Positions 1-13,543 of a DNA stretch of 64,000 nt are shown one piece after another. Below the pieces are notes generated by a model that made no database searches, was not told where the DNA came from, and was given only the letters and a program-made list of their open reading frames with translations. Each line of letters opens with the position of its first letter. The stretch's first letter is position 1. The DNA is from Tubiluchus corallicola (Eukaryota > Animalia > Priapulida). The position numbers and the translations under genes are program-made. The stretch is from contig JAQGDQ010000184.1 of the NCBI GenBank assembly GCA_030141605.1, forward strand, positions 124,001 through 188,000. The letters run 5' to 3'.

Positions 1-1282
1 CATTTGACAGAGAACAGTGTGTTGAAATTCAAAATGTTTGTTCTGAGCCTATGAAAATTACTTGTGGTGTACCGCAAGGGTCAATTTTGGGGCCCTTGCT
101 TTTTTTGGTCTACACCAATGATCTGCCTAACATATCCAAACTACTCAGTTTTAGATTATTTGCAGACGATACGAAAATAGTTTTTTCGAATACCTCTTTA
201 AATGAAATTCAAAATGTCATAAATGCAGAGCTACCTACGTTAAGTATGTGGTTTTACACCAATAAATTATTGTTAAACCTAAAAAAACTAGCTATGTTAT
301 TTTCAGAGGTAGATCAAATATAAATACTGAAAATTTTAAAGTTTGTCTTAATGGATGTAATGTAGAAGAAAAGGAGTATGATAAATACTTAGGTGTAATT
401 TTAGACAACAAAATGACTTGAAAACATCATATAAATTATATAAAGTTAAAACTTGCTCAGTCTTCTGGTGTATTATATAAATTAGGCTTGTATACTCATG
501 TAGAAACTCTTGCAAAAGTTTACTTTGCTATTGTTTACCCTTATCTTTGCTAAGGATAATTAAGTTATGGATCTGCTTTAGATACGAATCTCAAACCTCT
601 GCAAACTTTACAAAACAAATGTATTAGAACCATTTATAAACTTCCTCAATTAACAATTGTGATCACATGTATTATAGCCATAGATATCTTAGAATTAATG
701 AATTGCATCATCGCGAATGTCTATTGTTTCTGTACAAGTATTATAATGGCTCCTTCCTCCTGCATTTGTCAATTATTTAACACCTGTTCAACAAATCCAT
801 AACTATTTTACTCCTAGAGCTGTTGATAACTTCTATCCTCCTTCCATCCACACTAGTTACGGTTATTGAAATCCTTTATATACTGCTATCCAACAATGGG
901 CTCAAATTCCTCCTTGGGCAAAAGAACTTCAATTACAACGTTTTAAAAAGCATATATTTGATTTGTTACTAACACGTTATTTAACCTACTAACTGGCGTT
1001 TTTAAATACCTCTAATCTCACTTGTCTGTATTATTATCATTAATTGTTTTTATAGCTGTATATTGCTTTAACTTTAAGCTATTTTGTATGTACTACACAT
1101 GTTTGCGCAGTCTCGGGGTGAGTCTCGAAAGCTCTCGCTCCTACTCTCCTAGAGGCTGATTTGTACAATTTCCAAACCGTTTATGTTTTTATTATTGCAT
1201 TCTTATTTTCATTATGTAAATAGTTTAATGTTTTGTGTTCAAATCAGCCAAATAAAAAATTATTGGATTGAATTGAATTGAA
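1..1282 (+). mobile_element. Decayed non-LTR retrotransposon (LINE, CR1/L2-like), 3' part of RT ORF plus 3' tail
   Basis: Translates to RT motifs GVPQGSILGPLLFLVYTNDL and LFADDT (51-323), then KYLGVILDNKMT with stops and frameshifts. Ends in AATAAA followed by an (ATTGA)n-like tail at about 1251-1282. Confidence 0.85.
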
Positions 1283-1869
1283 AGTTTCTTGAACTTAATG
1301 TCGAACTTACATGAAATGAGCACACATTCTCAGTACATAGTTAAAAAAGTACATACAAATGCCAACCATGTATATACCTACTTGAAACTGTGCACTAGTG
1401 CCAGTGTGCAAATTACAGAAGCGAATTTCTCGTCATAGTTTTTCTATTGAACACCTATTTAAATTTACTGCATTTTTTTAAATTATGAAAGCGAACAAAT
1501 CTAATGTTTACGAAAATCAAGTTAGGACTGAGAATGATCTTGGTCTGAGCCACTTTTGCGATAGTGTGGAAAACTAGTGCAAGCCATTCTTGAATAATGG
1601 CCCTGGCCAGGATTAGATTTGCTGAGTCTTGAAATCTACAATTTTTTACATTTATAGTCAAAATTGCCAATTTAAGGTGGAATCTAGAGATTTCAAACTA
1701 AGATGAGGATTAATCAAACCCAAATTTAGATCAATATAACAATCACTTTCTTGTAAACAGTACACATCTATTAAAGTGTGACAGTACAAATTTTTGCAGG
1801 CAAAGAAAGGAGTTTATCCAGGCTGTAGGTTAATTAAATTGCAAATTTCTGAATATTACTGTATCTTAC

Positions 1870-2639
1870 CACTTTTTTCGCTTCTTCATGTTCAAACTTG
1901 TGCACAGTTTTTTTGCCAGGCAGCTGGGAAGCAGTTCCAATAGTAACATTGCTGACATCACCTAAGACTCGACGAGGAGTGTCTTGCAATAATTTTTTTC
2001 TCGATATAGAAGCAACTTGTTTGCCTATCAGTAAAAATCGGTTACTGTAAATTTTAAGCAGTCTATAATTAAAAATCAATCCCTATTTATCACTTAGCCA
2101 CTTGCCCTGATGCTACTGAACAATATAGTTAAGATACACAAAAAAAAATTAAACCAAAGCTACATTTCAGCACACTATGTAAGCAAATTTTGGCTTGTAG
2201 TCCAACTGAAATTTTAAGCTGAAAAAACAACAAAAGTTACCAATCAAGCATAACAACAAAATATATATTCTAAGAGCATTCTTTCACAATTAAACAAGTA
2301 AACAGTTAATTATGAAACACTGTTTATCATAAAATTTAATCAATTCAATCAACAACTATCGAATTTTTGAAACCAAAATAAAAGTGAGTCTGGAGTGAGT
2401 AATAAAAGATTGAAATAGTCCAGTTCGATAACTGGAGATTAAATTCATCATTAAGCAAGTAAGCTTTAACACCATTGCTAAAACAAAATTACCTTTATGC
2501 GACTACTGTTTACTGTGTAAACAATTTTACCTTTATGAATAGACTGCAACGTAGAAGCTTCATCTTTCATTTTAGTACGATTGGTATTTCTAGTTGAAAC
2601 AGCATTTTCCTGATCATGGTAGATTTGCAATGAGGCCAT
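1870..2639 (-). CDS. N-terminal coding exons of a probable APC/C substrate (securin/PTTG-like or cyclin A/B-like); 3' part unresolved
   Basis: Exon 2653-2531 (ttttag acceptor, ATG at 2639, donor G|gtaaaa) encodes MASLQIYHDQENAVSTRNTNRTKMKDEASTLQSIHK. It splices in phase to exon 2024-1870 (gatag acceptor, GTG|gtaaga donor), encoding GKQVASISRKKLLQDTPRRVLGDVSNVTIG...EEAKKV. It contains a D-box (RVLGDVSN) and LQIYHD-QEN, similar to securin LIYVDKEN and the cyclin A ABBA motif. Confidence 0.6.
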
Positions 2640-3399
2640 AATTGTGAATGATGCTAAAAGCTACTAATTCTTGTATGATCTATTAAAGAAATATGTAAGA
2701 CTGAAAAATGAACATTATTGTTAATAATAACAAAAGCCTTGAGGCTTTGCACACTGTGCAGTCACGTAACTTGTGAAGTTTTATAGCCATATCTTTGCAT
2801 CCGTGACCAATTTATTAGATAGTTTGGATCTGATTGCGTGGTTGGTTACATCACTGCCTTCTTTCGTGTCATAGATAGAATAGACAGGTGACTGTAAACA
2901 TTGTTGGCGAATAATTCTTGCCTTGAACAAACAAGTAAATTGAATTACAGCAACACTGAAAGTAATGCATGTTTGCTCTACAAAAAGCTGTAAATGTAAA
3001 AACCTCTGTCAACTATATATCTATATGTATACATATTCCACTTGAAATAGTAAATACATATAAAATTTACCCTCCCCAACTTTCATAATTCTGTTGTTCT
3101 TATTACACCTTTCTCAATTACATTATTACTATAGTATTAGGTCTACTGTACCCTTCTACACACATTATTTTAATATACTGTGAATGTGATAATTATTTTT
3201 TGTACATCAAGCAAGGTGAGTGCGTAAATGGCCAAATGGTCATACACTCACCTCACACTACTTAAATTATTTTCATTTCAAATTTGATTGATGTGGCCAT
3301 TTCAATATCATAATAATTAATTAAATTATATTAATACTTAGTACAATATTAGTAGTCTCTCACTACTAGGCTAGTGCATGACAATGAAACATAAGTGAT

Positions 3400-3875
3400 A
3401 AAAGTAAGGTTAAAGAATTACGTAAACTTCAGATGATTCTGGAACTTGCAGTTTTTTTCCAACTGAATAAATTATCGCGAAACTTTATACAACATCACAT
3501 TACTCTGTGGGATTAATGGAATAAGTTTCGTCAAATAAACCGCTCCGTAAGGAACACATTTCTGTTAGGTTAAGCTTGTGAAAAATTAAATACAGAAAAC
3601 ACTATTTTTAACAAAGATTCGACAATTGTAGTCAACATGGATGCTGGAAAAATACTGCTATAATGCTCAGCAATACACAAGCCCATTTATTTAATTTCAT
3701 ATTTTTATTTTTTTCTTTACGTGCGGCGAGATGCAACAGGATTCTAGGGTAGACTAGACTAGTGTCGCGCGTGGGTGGCTGCATGTTGCAATTTGCTGAT
3801 GATACAGCCTGTTGTGTCGTTCGATAATTCTGTGAAGGTTTTTTGTGGTTTTTATTAAAAAGAAAAAAATCAGTT
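3400..3875. promoter_or_regulatory. Putative bidirectional promoter / 5' ends of eIF3i (+) and the degron-containing gene (-)
   Basis: Divergent start codons at 3876 (+) and 2639 (-). Local CpG-rich patch at 3721-3780 with GTCGCGCG (3764-3771). E2F-like TTTCGCG on the minus strand at about 3476-3482. Confidence 0.5.
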
Positions 3876-6800
3876 ATGGTAAGAATAGTTCCAAAAAAAT
3901 CGATCCACTAAAAGAGCTGTTAGCAATTCCTTGCTTCAGTGCAGGAAATGATGCTTGGATTTATAACATAGTGGGGCTAAATTTTTTCTTTACTTTAGCT
4001 TTGTTGTAACTCATTATGATTATTTTCATGATGAGGTGTTAATCGCGAACAGTGAAATTCGTCACTGTAAAGATTCAGAATCATTATTCTAGGAATTCTT
4101 GATTACAACTCTTTCTTTTCAAATTTACTTTTCAAACTTAGTAACTCAGCTGGCCACATGCCTTTGACTCAGCCCTCATTTTGCTTTTGAAAATACTAAC
4201 ATTTGGGTTACTATTCACATCGTCTGGCAAGGCATTCCAGTAAGGAATAACTCTCTGTGAAAACGTGACCTCTCATGTTAGTTTGATAAAAACTCTGGAA
4301 CAGTTTCATTGAATATTCACATAGATCATAGTTGGCGATGAGTCGGGACGAAGAAGTCATCTTTACTCAAGATCGAAAACTCCTTAAAAATTTTGAAACA
4401 GTGAATAACATCCATAGTTCTGTATCTCTGCTCTGATACAGTGGGGTAATGTCTTCAGCTTGTCCGTCAGTCATAATTCGAAGGCAACCACTCAGAATTT
4501 GATGACGCTGGTTTATTAGGGTGTTGTACTGTGGTGACCAGGCAACTGGCGCATACTCAAGCTTCGGCCGAACCAATGTTTTATATAACGGCACTGTAAC
4601 TTTAAATGACTGTGACATAGTACCTGAATAGCAGAACTTGCAGCCCATTTGATCAAGTCTATGACTCTGTTTGCTGACTTATCGATCCTAGTTATTTGCT
4701 TATTCCATTTTAAGTCCTTCGAAATTCACATGTCCAAATCTTTCACTTCAATTGGCTGATTAATTTCGGACCCACAAAGTTTGTGTCTGAAATCGTGCTG
4801 GGGTCTAATGCGAAGCACAGAGCACTTAGCTGGTTTTGGGGAGTAACATATAGTAACTTGATTTGAGTTTTAATGGATCAGGTGTACACAAATTCAAATT
4901 CACGTTATTTCACCAACAAACTACAATTACAAGTACATGTACAAATTATTATTGTGTTAGTAACACTGGTGTGAAAAGGGATTTGTGCCTTCTTTTGCTG
5001 AAACAGAGTAGTTTCATTTTGTCGCTACGTGTGGAGTAACTGTACTGTGGAGAATGAGATCATTCTGCAGTGATGATCATCACGAAGAACTGAATGAGGG
5101 CTTGAATTTTGAGTCACCCTTACTGGACTCTAAGTTACACCCAGATGTGCAAAAAAACCAAGCGCTCAAAATATCGATGTTTTGACAATTTTCTGTTAAA
5201 ATTACAACCATAATAACTTAAAGTAAAAACAGAGTGATGTATATTTATTAATACAGTTCACTTTAGTTCATCAATGGCCTAACAGTTTTGCTGGTGGATA
5301 ATTTCTTTTCTTGACCGCCTCGCCCTTTCCATGGACATCACTCAAAACTGTTTGTTCTTTATTGCCAAACTAATATCTGTTCCCCTTTTTTGCGTTCCGC
5401 ACTATTAACCCATGGGACAAATTGCTAATTGCAACCGTAGATGCACAATACCACCCGATGCTTATAAGCATTTGATTTTGAACTAATCAGTGACCATCCT
5501 CATTTTAGTCATAGTCCCTGAATAGCAGAGCTTGCAAGCTATTTGGCCAATGCCTTATATTGTATTATTACTTATAATGTGTACCATTATTTTAGCAATC
5601 GACTGTACATAATACTATGTACTAGTTGTTCTTAAAAGTCTTTCTGGTATGCTTGAAGATTATTATTGAAATTATTAATGCCAGTTCATGTGGAAAGCAT
5701 TTTCTGTATATATAGCATGGAAATCTCTCACAGTGTTGTACTTGTATGTCTGTTCTCAGTAATTTCCATCTTATCGTGCAAACTGGTTATGCTGTCTTTT
5801 ATTTATTTTAACAGTTAATGAAACTTTACCTAATTTCAGAAACCCCTAATGCTGCATGGTCATGAGCGTTCCATTACGCAGATAAAGTACAACCTGGAAG
5901 GGGACTTGTTATTTTCCTGTTCTAAAGATACAGAGCCTAACGTTTGGTATTCTCTGAATGGAGAGCGTCTTGGTACATTTAAAGGTCATGGTGGAGCTGT
6001 CTGGTGCATAGATGTAAACTGTATCCTTTGATGGTTTTTTGTAATATTTTTAAAGCAATATATAGTGTCTCATTTGTAATGGTACATTTTGTTTATTGTT
6101 GTAAATCTGCTCTTTGCTAGGTGGATAATGAGACCTCTTTCTAGTGTTGATTTCAATTTTTTTAGTTCTATTTTTAGCTTGGTGAGTAAGGTACTTTGCT
6201 TTGCTTCTTCTCCACTTCTTTGGGGGTCAACTTTTAGTTATGAGCTTAAAGGTGATGCAGAAATCAACCTGGAGACTGGTTGGCTTATGAGCAGATCACA
6301 TATACTGATTTAGTATTTTTGATATTTTTGTATTTGGTACTTGGTTTTAAGAGTCTTTTTCAAATGATCAGAAAATTTCCTTAACAACAGTCCATAGGGG
6401 AAAGCACTGTAGTTATGACCGGTTCTGCAGACAATACATGTCGTTTGTGGGATTGTGAAACAGGTATGTACATATTATTGTTAGATTTGATCTGACACAC
6501 CAGTGTGCTGTTGGTTTCTGTTTGTTGTGCTGTTCTGTTTCCAGGCACGTTGACAGATGATTTTGAATGCACTCTCAGTCAAAATTTGCCTAAAAAAGTG
6601 TTGATATTTGAGCGTAGTATTTCGTTAAGGTGTCAAAAGATGAAGCTCGATGCGACACATAAAACTTTATATCACTTTCTTTTTTTAGCCTTATGTTGCA
6701 AATTTTGCAATACTAGACTCCAAAAATGGAAAGATTGTGTTGCAGTAAGTAATATTAAATCGTTATTTGTGGCAATAATTATATGCTAAAGTTACTTCAA

Positions 6801-9800
6801 GCCAGTATATTTTACTTGGTCCTTAAGAAATTACTGCTTTCTTGTAAATTCATATCACTTATTGTGAAATTTTCTTCCTGTTCTACTAAAAATATTGTAT
6901 TGTCACCAGTCACCAATGACTCTAGACTGACAAAAACAATAAAGTTTTATTAGCAATCTCACTAAAATTAAAAATTTAAACATCTATGCAAAACAGTGAA
7001 GCAGAAAACCAGAGAATACATTGTAATTGACAAAATTATATTACCAGAACATTAATGTTAATGTTTGCAGAACACATTAAGCTCAGTCTAGAGTCATTGG
7101 TAAACATTCACCTTTTGAGTGCTCAGTCTTTTGAGATTCATCATTGTTCCACAGATATATGTTGGTACTCAAATCTTGCTTTTATTGTGCAGGTGTAGAA
7201 AAACACAAGCTAGAGGAGGAAACAGCAGTACGAACCTGCGGATTCAGTTACAGTGGAAATCTCATTATGTACACGACTGACAGAACAATGGGCAGAGACT
7301 GTGTGCTGAATTTGTATGACGTCCGAGATGAAAACCAAATAAGTGCGTAATCTTAGCTGCTGTTATTATCAATTTAAAGTCAAATCTAAACCCTCACTAC
7401 AATATAAGCGTTTGCAACTTACTGTAAAACTTGTTTCTTTTGATTTTTATCACTTTGTCGTTAGCAGTATTAAATTTGAAGAACTGCCCTTTTTCGTTGG
7501 GCGAGACGAATGACACTATAAGTACAGTCGCAAGGTCACGAAGGATCGATAAACAAACATCGGTAAACAAAGACGCTTTCTGTACGTTGTATGTCATTCT
7601 CGCGCATTCTTGCTCACACGAAACATGGCAATATTCGAAATTCGCCAGAAAAAGGTACATTATTTAATTTATAAGTCTCTTTTGTTTAATAATAATTGTG
7701 AATTCTTTGTGTAATAGTAATAATAATGCATTAAAAATCCTCAATATCTGTTGGGGTTATATAGGCCTTTTAAAAATGTTTTAGGACTTTACATGTCAGT
7801 GGCAATTTAATAGTTATTATTTTTTTAATATCAGTGATTATGTGATGTGACTTTTCAGTTGTTTAGTATTAATATGTAGTAGGCCTTACTTGTACCATTC
7901 GATTCTGTTTGTAATTGTAACGCCAGCATCAGGGGGGGGGCATCCACATATTACGATAACACGTTTACAGTCAATTTCGAGGACCTTCCTACCTTCTATT
8001 ATAATGGCGTTACCACATGCCCTACCAGCTACCTACCTCTTATGTTGATATCGACATTACTTTAATGTAGCGTTTTATACATTTTATTCTTCCTCCTCCC
8101 AAGGACAGGCAACAACATCACTTGTGTGAATTAACGAGAAACCATCAGTGGATTCTACTGGCATCACTGGTGGAGGAGGTGGCAGCCCCAATTCACTGAA
8201 CTCATTCTCATTGACAGCGTGAAGTCAGATAACGACATCATAACTAAATTACCTATCTACCTAGCGTTATAATGGCGTTATCACGTCTCCTACCACCTAC
8301 CTACCCTTAACTTGGTATTGTTATTATGTGGATGACCCTCAAGCAGTAGTATCACTACTCACTAATACTTATAGTTCTATAGCTAAATCAGACTGTTGCT
8401 TTTAGTTCTGAATATAATAATAGGGATGAAACTGCGATCACTTTTCTTGCAATAGGTTTAAAGACAGAAGATTAGTGGCCAAATGGGCACAATCTGAATT
8501 CAAACCAGGTCTCTCTTGCTCTTTCCCAATGTTGTTTTTATTTTTTGTTGGTTCACTACAAATTACTATTGTTTTTAGAAAACAAACAACCACTGAAATC
8601 AGTTCCGATACATCAAAATAAAGTTACTGCTGCCATTTGGGGAGAACTCGATGACACTTTAATAACTGGGCATGACAATGGTGATATAATGAAGTGGGAT
8701 GTAAAGGTAATGCTGTAACAGAAGCTATAAATGCCATTTTGCTTTAATGCGTATGGCTGTTTAGTTAAGGCATACTACTAAATATAGCTATTACACTGCG
8801 TGGGTCATTCAGGCATTGCTGTGCTCCGCAATAGTGTTTCACTGCATGGTGTTTGTGCTTCATGGTGGCTCCACTACAATAATAGGGATGACTACTGCAA
8901 TCACAGCAATTACCTGTTTTTAACTCCTTCACGACGGCCAATATTTGTGTAGTTTTGACATCCCCGTACAAAAATGTCCATAACGGCTTAATTACATGAG
9001 ATATTAGTGCAAAACTATATATTTTCTGAAAGAGAATTAAATTTTTTTCTAACTCTATATATGATTTTTCTAGCTTGGTTAGATTTTTTTATTTAGTTGA
9101 GTAATTAACAGGAAGATATGAAATTTCTGTAGAATTTTCAAAGATTTTTCATTTCAGTACCTTCTAGTTTCCAGGTGATAGCTCATATCTAAAACTGTTC
9201 AGCATAAAAACTGTAGAGCATTCATTTCTGCACAAGATTTTGCAAAAAATATTCAAATCACTCTAACTTTATAAATTTGACAGCTTTTCAAACGTACTAA
9301 GGTGTTATGGAACTTGTACAGGAATGTAACGGCTAGCTGCAGGTGAATCTGCCTTGTGCGGCTATCGAATTGACAGGCAGCACTCCCAGCATGAACAGTA
9401 GTAGCAGCAGCTGTACACTAATTTAGCTTCCATCGTATTGTTTTATGAATTTGTTTACTTGCAACAGATTTTTCAAAAGTTGAAGGTTTGGTAGCATATT
9501 CACAGTATTATTAACTAGTAAAGCGTGCAGAAATTATCACCAGCTACAACACACACGTAACTGACTGCTACCCAAGTGATAAATCCAGTTGTGAAATTGT
9601 TCAAAATTTCAAAAAAACACAAAAATTCTGCTAATATTTTTTCATTCTTCTTATTGTATTTTGAAAAGCACAATAATATTCAAGTGTTTTCAGTATACTG
9701 CTCACCATCAGCGCTTGCTGTTGTTACATTCTGTGTACGCACACCCAGATGACAATAAAAATTTCCTTAGCGCTGCTAATAATAGCCTGTGCTAATGAGC

Positions 9801-12800
9801 GAAGGACAGCTCAACATTTGCTGAGATGCTGTACAAGTGCAAAGCAAAACTTTTGTTCATTAGTTTGCAAAAAGTTTCTTTAAAGACTGACAATGAAGAA
9901 TACAACAGAACTTTTTTGTTCTTTTATCATTTACTTGTATTTTAGCTGCTTCTTTTCGACATTTCATTAAATTTGGAGAGTGGAAACTTTTCTTAAAGGG
10001 ACATTGTTTTTACCTGTCACAGTTGACTGTTAAATGTATGTACATGTCGGGAAGGAGTTAACCTTGAAGAAAGAAACACTGTCATTAGCGTTTAATAATG
10101 TAGTAGTACCCACTTAATAAAACCACCATGCAGTAAGTGTTTTAATAAACAGCTTTCTAATTATGCAGTTGTAAGTAGTGTGTCTGGTACAGTATCTAAA
10201 TGGTTTGCATTAATTCATACAGTACAAACTACACACACATATGCACATATGTTCACTTGCATCGCCTTTATTTTTAACATACGTTTTGCAATAACAATTA
10301 ATAGGCTTTCAGTTTTAGCTGCGTAAAATAGTTTATAGCTCATTTTTGTATCCAGGGCTTCCCCATTGGCTAGAGGGTTGCTGCCCTTTAAATTTGTCCG
10401 GCAACTCTAATTTCCCTTGTGCATCTAACACCGTGCGCGTCAGTTTACCGGACAAAATTAACACATTACATATAGAAACTTTGTTTAGATTCTAATGCAG
10501 TCATTTAAACATGTGGCAATCAGTTCATTTGCATTCATACGCAACGTGTGTTATGGTACAAACTAATATCTAGCAGCTGTACTACTGTACTACTGTACTA
10601 ATTTTTTGGAAAATTATGGAAAAGTTTGACTTTTTGCTGTTGCTTACTTAAATTTTAAAATTTTTATGCTGTTTTCCAGAAATGTGAAGTTTTTTCAAAG
10701 GCACCAGAAAAACATAGCAAACAGATTAATGATATACAGAGGAACAAGGATAGTTCTATGTTTATTACAGCTTCTAAAGACACCACAGCTAGGGTATGAT
10801 AACATTTTACTACTATGTTATTATAATTTTCAATTTATTTATGTATCCGTTTATACTTATGCTGACTATACCTACTTTTTACAACTTTCCGTAGTGTTCA
10901 CTGAGATGTTTACAAACTTTGTGTGACATGCATGAAACTCCTCTAGATTTCCTTTACATTCAAACTTTACTTAAGCATTCTAGATAGATCACTTGAAGCA
11001 TCTACAGAAGTTAAGTTTGTGCATGAGACAGATAGCAGGGATCTGTCACTGCATTGAAATCTTCCATTTTAGAATTGTTTAGAGACAAACAAAACGAAAC
11101 AAAACGAAAGAAGCCTCAAGTTTAGTTGTGACTTGGTAAACAATAATTTTAACATGTATGAAGTGATAAACTACATGATATTGCTTGAAGATTTTCATAT
11201 TCTTCCAGTGCTCACAGTTTATATGTGTTATGTTTGCTAGTTTGTATTACACAAAACTAATATAAGCATTTTGTTAAACTACTGTAAAAAATTTTTAAGT
11301 TAATTTACTAGCTTGCTAACTTTACACATTTAATACAACTTGTATTGGGAATCAAATAACAGCAAGCTGTATTCTGTTTTTGTAGAAAAAAGTACATAAA
11401 GCTATTTATTAAGGCAGAATTTGTTACTAAATACAAAAAAATGTTAAGTGTCTCCAGTCAAGTTTGGAAATAATGACATGGGTTGCTAGACAGATTTGTG
11501 AAACCTTATCTACTGACATTATTGACTTATGTACCGTATTTAGAATCTTTGTGAAATCAGCATTGCTGGCTAAAGCCCATGAACTAGTCGAGCTTTGCTC
11601 ACATAAAGTTGTTGCAATTTGAAGCTATTAATATTAGCCAATGCTGGGTAATGTTTTATTGCTGTGAACAACTGAAAATCAATATGCAAATAAACTGCAA
11701 TCAATCAGTCAGTGTTATCCCATTTTATTATATTGATTTTATATTGTTTTTCTGTTTTTTTTTGTATGACGTTTTGTTCTTTTTGTTTTATTTTTACATA
11801 ATTTTATGTCAGTAACTGTAATAATTGACTGTTTATTTTTGTCACAATAACATTTGTTGCAGTTATATGATATGGAAAACTTAGGATTAATGAAAATGTA
11901 CAAGACGGAACGTCCTGTGAATTCAGCTGCTATTTCACCAATTAGACCTCACGTACGTATCATATTAATTTGTGGTTTAACAAAACAATTATAGTCATTA
12001 ATTGTAGTCATATAAGATAAGAAACTTGCTGTAGTTTACAGATAGGCTTACTGCTTAGAGTCCATTTTTTCTAATGATTTTTCTGCTACGCGCAAAAATT
12101 CAAATCGGCATTCCAGGTTGTTGCTGGCGGTGGTCAGGAAGCCATGGAGGTTACGACCAGTGCAGTACGGCAGGGCAAATTCGATGCACGATTCTACCAT
12201 CAGGTATTTGAAGATGAATTTGCAAGGGTCAAAGGACACTTTGGACCTATTAATAGTGTTGCCTTCCATCCTGACGGAAAAAGGTTAGCAGCGATCTTCT
12301 TTTAACAGGCTAAAAGCCATAGGTTTTTAGACAAAGGGTGTGGATTCTCCTCTTTGACTTAGATTTTAAAAACTATGGGGATGATTGGCTATAGTCACCC
12401 AATAAAAAACTACAAAAATTGGATTATTTTGTGGATCTTTTTCCACACTTTCCTGCATTACTTTTATCTTCCTTTTGCCAAATGGTTGGTTTAAAAAGAG
12501 GTAAATTAAAAAAATAGTGTTTTCATCTAGTTTAACTATTTTGTTTGCACTTCTCTATGGTTTTGAACAAAAATAACCTATTTTACTATAGATCCAGAGA
12601 CACACTTTCCTAAATTAAAGCACAAAACAGATAATTCACAGAAAAAGTCATCCAGTTTTATAACTCTTTGAGCACATCATGTCTAGCCAAGAACTGAAAG
12701 CAAAAACTGATTATTTTACATATTCATATAGGCAGTTGAAGGTTATGTACAATAATTGTATTAGAAAACTGTTTAAGCTATGTGCATAGATCGAAATATT

Positions 12801-13421
12801 CTTTATTTTGATGTTATATTGCGAAAATGTTGTTATTCGCTTATGACATGATTTTTTAATTGTGATGATAATATTATTTGCTGTTTAAGGAATTCATTCA
12901 ACTAGTTATTTCAAAATTACTTGACTTTTGACGATTTACATTGTACAGGTGATTCGCTGCATTTTAATTAAAATTTCTAATATATAAACATTTATTTTAT
13001 TAATTTGATCTTATAACTTTTGTAAATTTTAATTTTTTGCTGTATACTTGTTTTATGAACCTTGTGTTCGAAATAAAGTAACTTACTTACTTACTTAAAG
13101 CCAACTTTGTATCAATATACTTGAGAAGAAAAGATTTTTATTAGTTTGCTATTGATCATACTGTCGATGTTCCTGTCATAACGTGTTTCTGATGTTAATT
13201 GCTATGTACAGTCTGTTATGATTGTCGTCAAATTTGCCTCACCTGTACAATTTCGTTGCGACTGAAGTCACACTTGTGACAGTTTTTTTGTACACAAATG
13301 TTTGTTTGTCTTTAACTATCTCTACTTCGTTTATTTCAGTTATAGCAGCGGAGGCGAAGACGGTTACATCAGAATACATAATTTTGACCAAAGTTACTTT
13401 GACTTCGATTTTGAGTATTGA
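3876..13421 (+). CDS. EIF3I: Eukaryotic translation initiation factor 3 subunit I (WD40; TRIP-1/eIF3-S2), 326 aa, 9 coding exons
   Basis: Exons 3876-3878 (ATG only, gtaaga donor), 5840-6020, 6398-6463, 7193-7342, 8579-8706, 10680-10793, 11863-11952, 12117-12283, 13340-13421 total 981 nt in frame. Protein reads [19 protein letters not shown]...[16 protein letters not shown]...[12 protein letters not shown]...[11 protein letters not shown]...[32 protein letters not shown]...FDFEY*. The ATG-only first exon is inferred from homologous gene structure. Confidence 0.97.
4200..4850 (-). mobile_element. Decayed CR1-like LINE fragment in eIF3i intron 1
   Basis: Minus-strand [19 protein letters not shown] (ORF 4367-4648) and [16 protein letters not shown] near 4263-4216, typical of the C-terminal region of LINE ORF2. 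A related short piece lies at about 5490-5550. Confidence 0.8.
6021..6397 (+). other. U12-type (minor spliceosome) GT-AG intron in eIF3i
   Basis: 5' splice site GTATCCTTT at 6021. Branch site TTTCCTTAAC at 6376-6385, 12 nt before the end of the TAG acceptor at 6397, with no polypyrimidine tract. Splicing restores N-W-E-S-T in frame. Confidence 0.95.
7934..8338. mobile_element. MITE, PIF/Harbinger-like
   Basis: Terminal inverted repeats GGGCATCCACATATTACGATAAC ... GTTATTATGTGGATGACCC. Internal duplicated motif TTATAATGGCGTTA.CAC....CCTACCA.CTACCTACC. Confidence 0.65.
12750..13096 (+). mobile_element. 3' remnant of a LINE/SINE
   Basis: T-rich tract ending in AATAAA followed by an (ACTT)n tail at about 13072-13096. 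The left boundary is approximate. Confidence 0.4.
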
Positions 13422-13537
13422 TTAAAAAGGCTGCACTAGACCATATTTGTTCAGGAAGCAATAGAATTTGCTTGAAGGAAGACATTGAAAAGCCATACCC
13501 AATTGTACTGTTTATAATTTTCTGTATATTTGTGTGA

Positions 13538-13543
13538 AATAAA
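13538..13543 (+). terminator. Polyadenylation signal of eIF3i
   Basis: AATAAA about 117 nt after the stop codon, with TGTA motifs upstream. Confidence 0.6.

Noticed and set aside
4020-5100. Box C motifs (ATGATGA near 4028, GTGATGA near 5070) suggesting intronic C/D snoRNAs in eIF3i
   Set aside because: No properly spaced box D with a terminal stem was found. An Infernal or snoscan search would be needed to exclude them fully.
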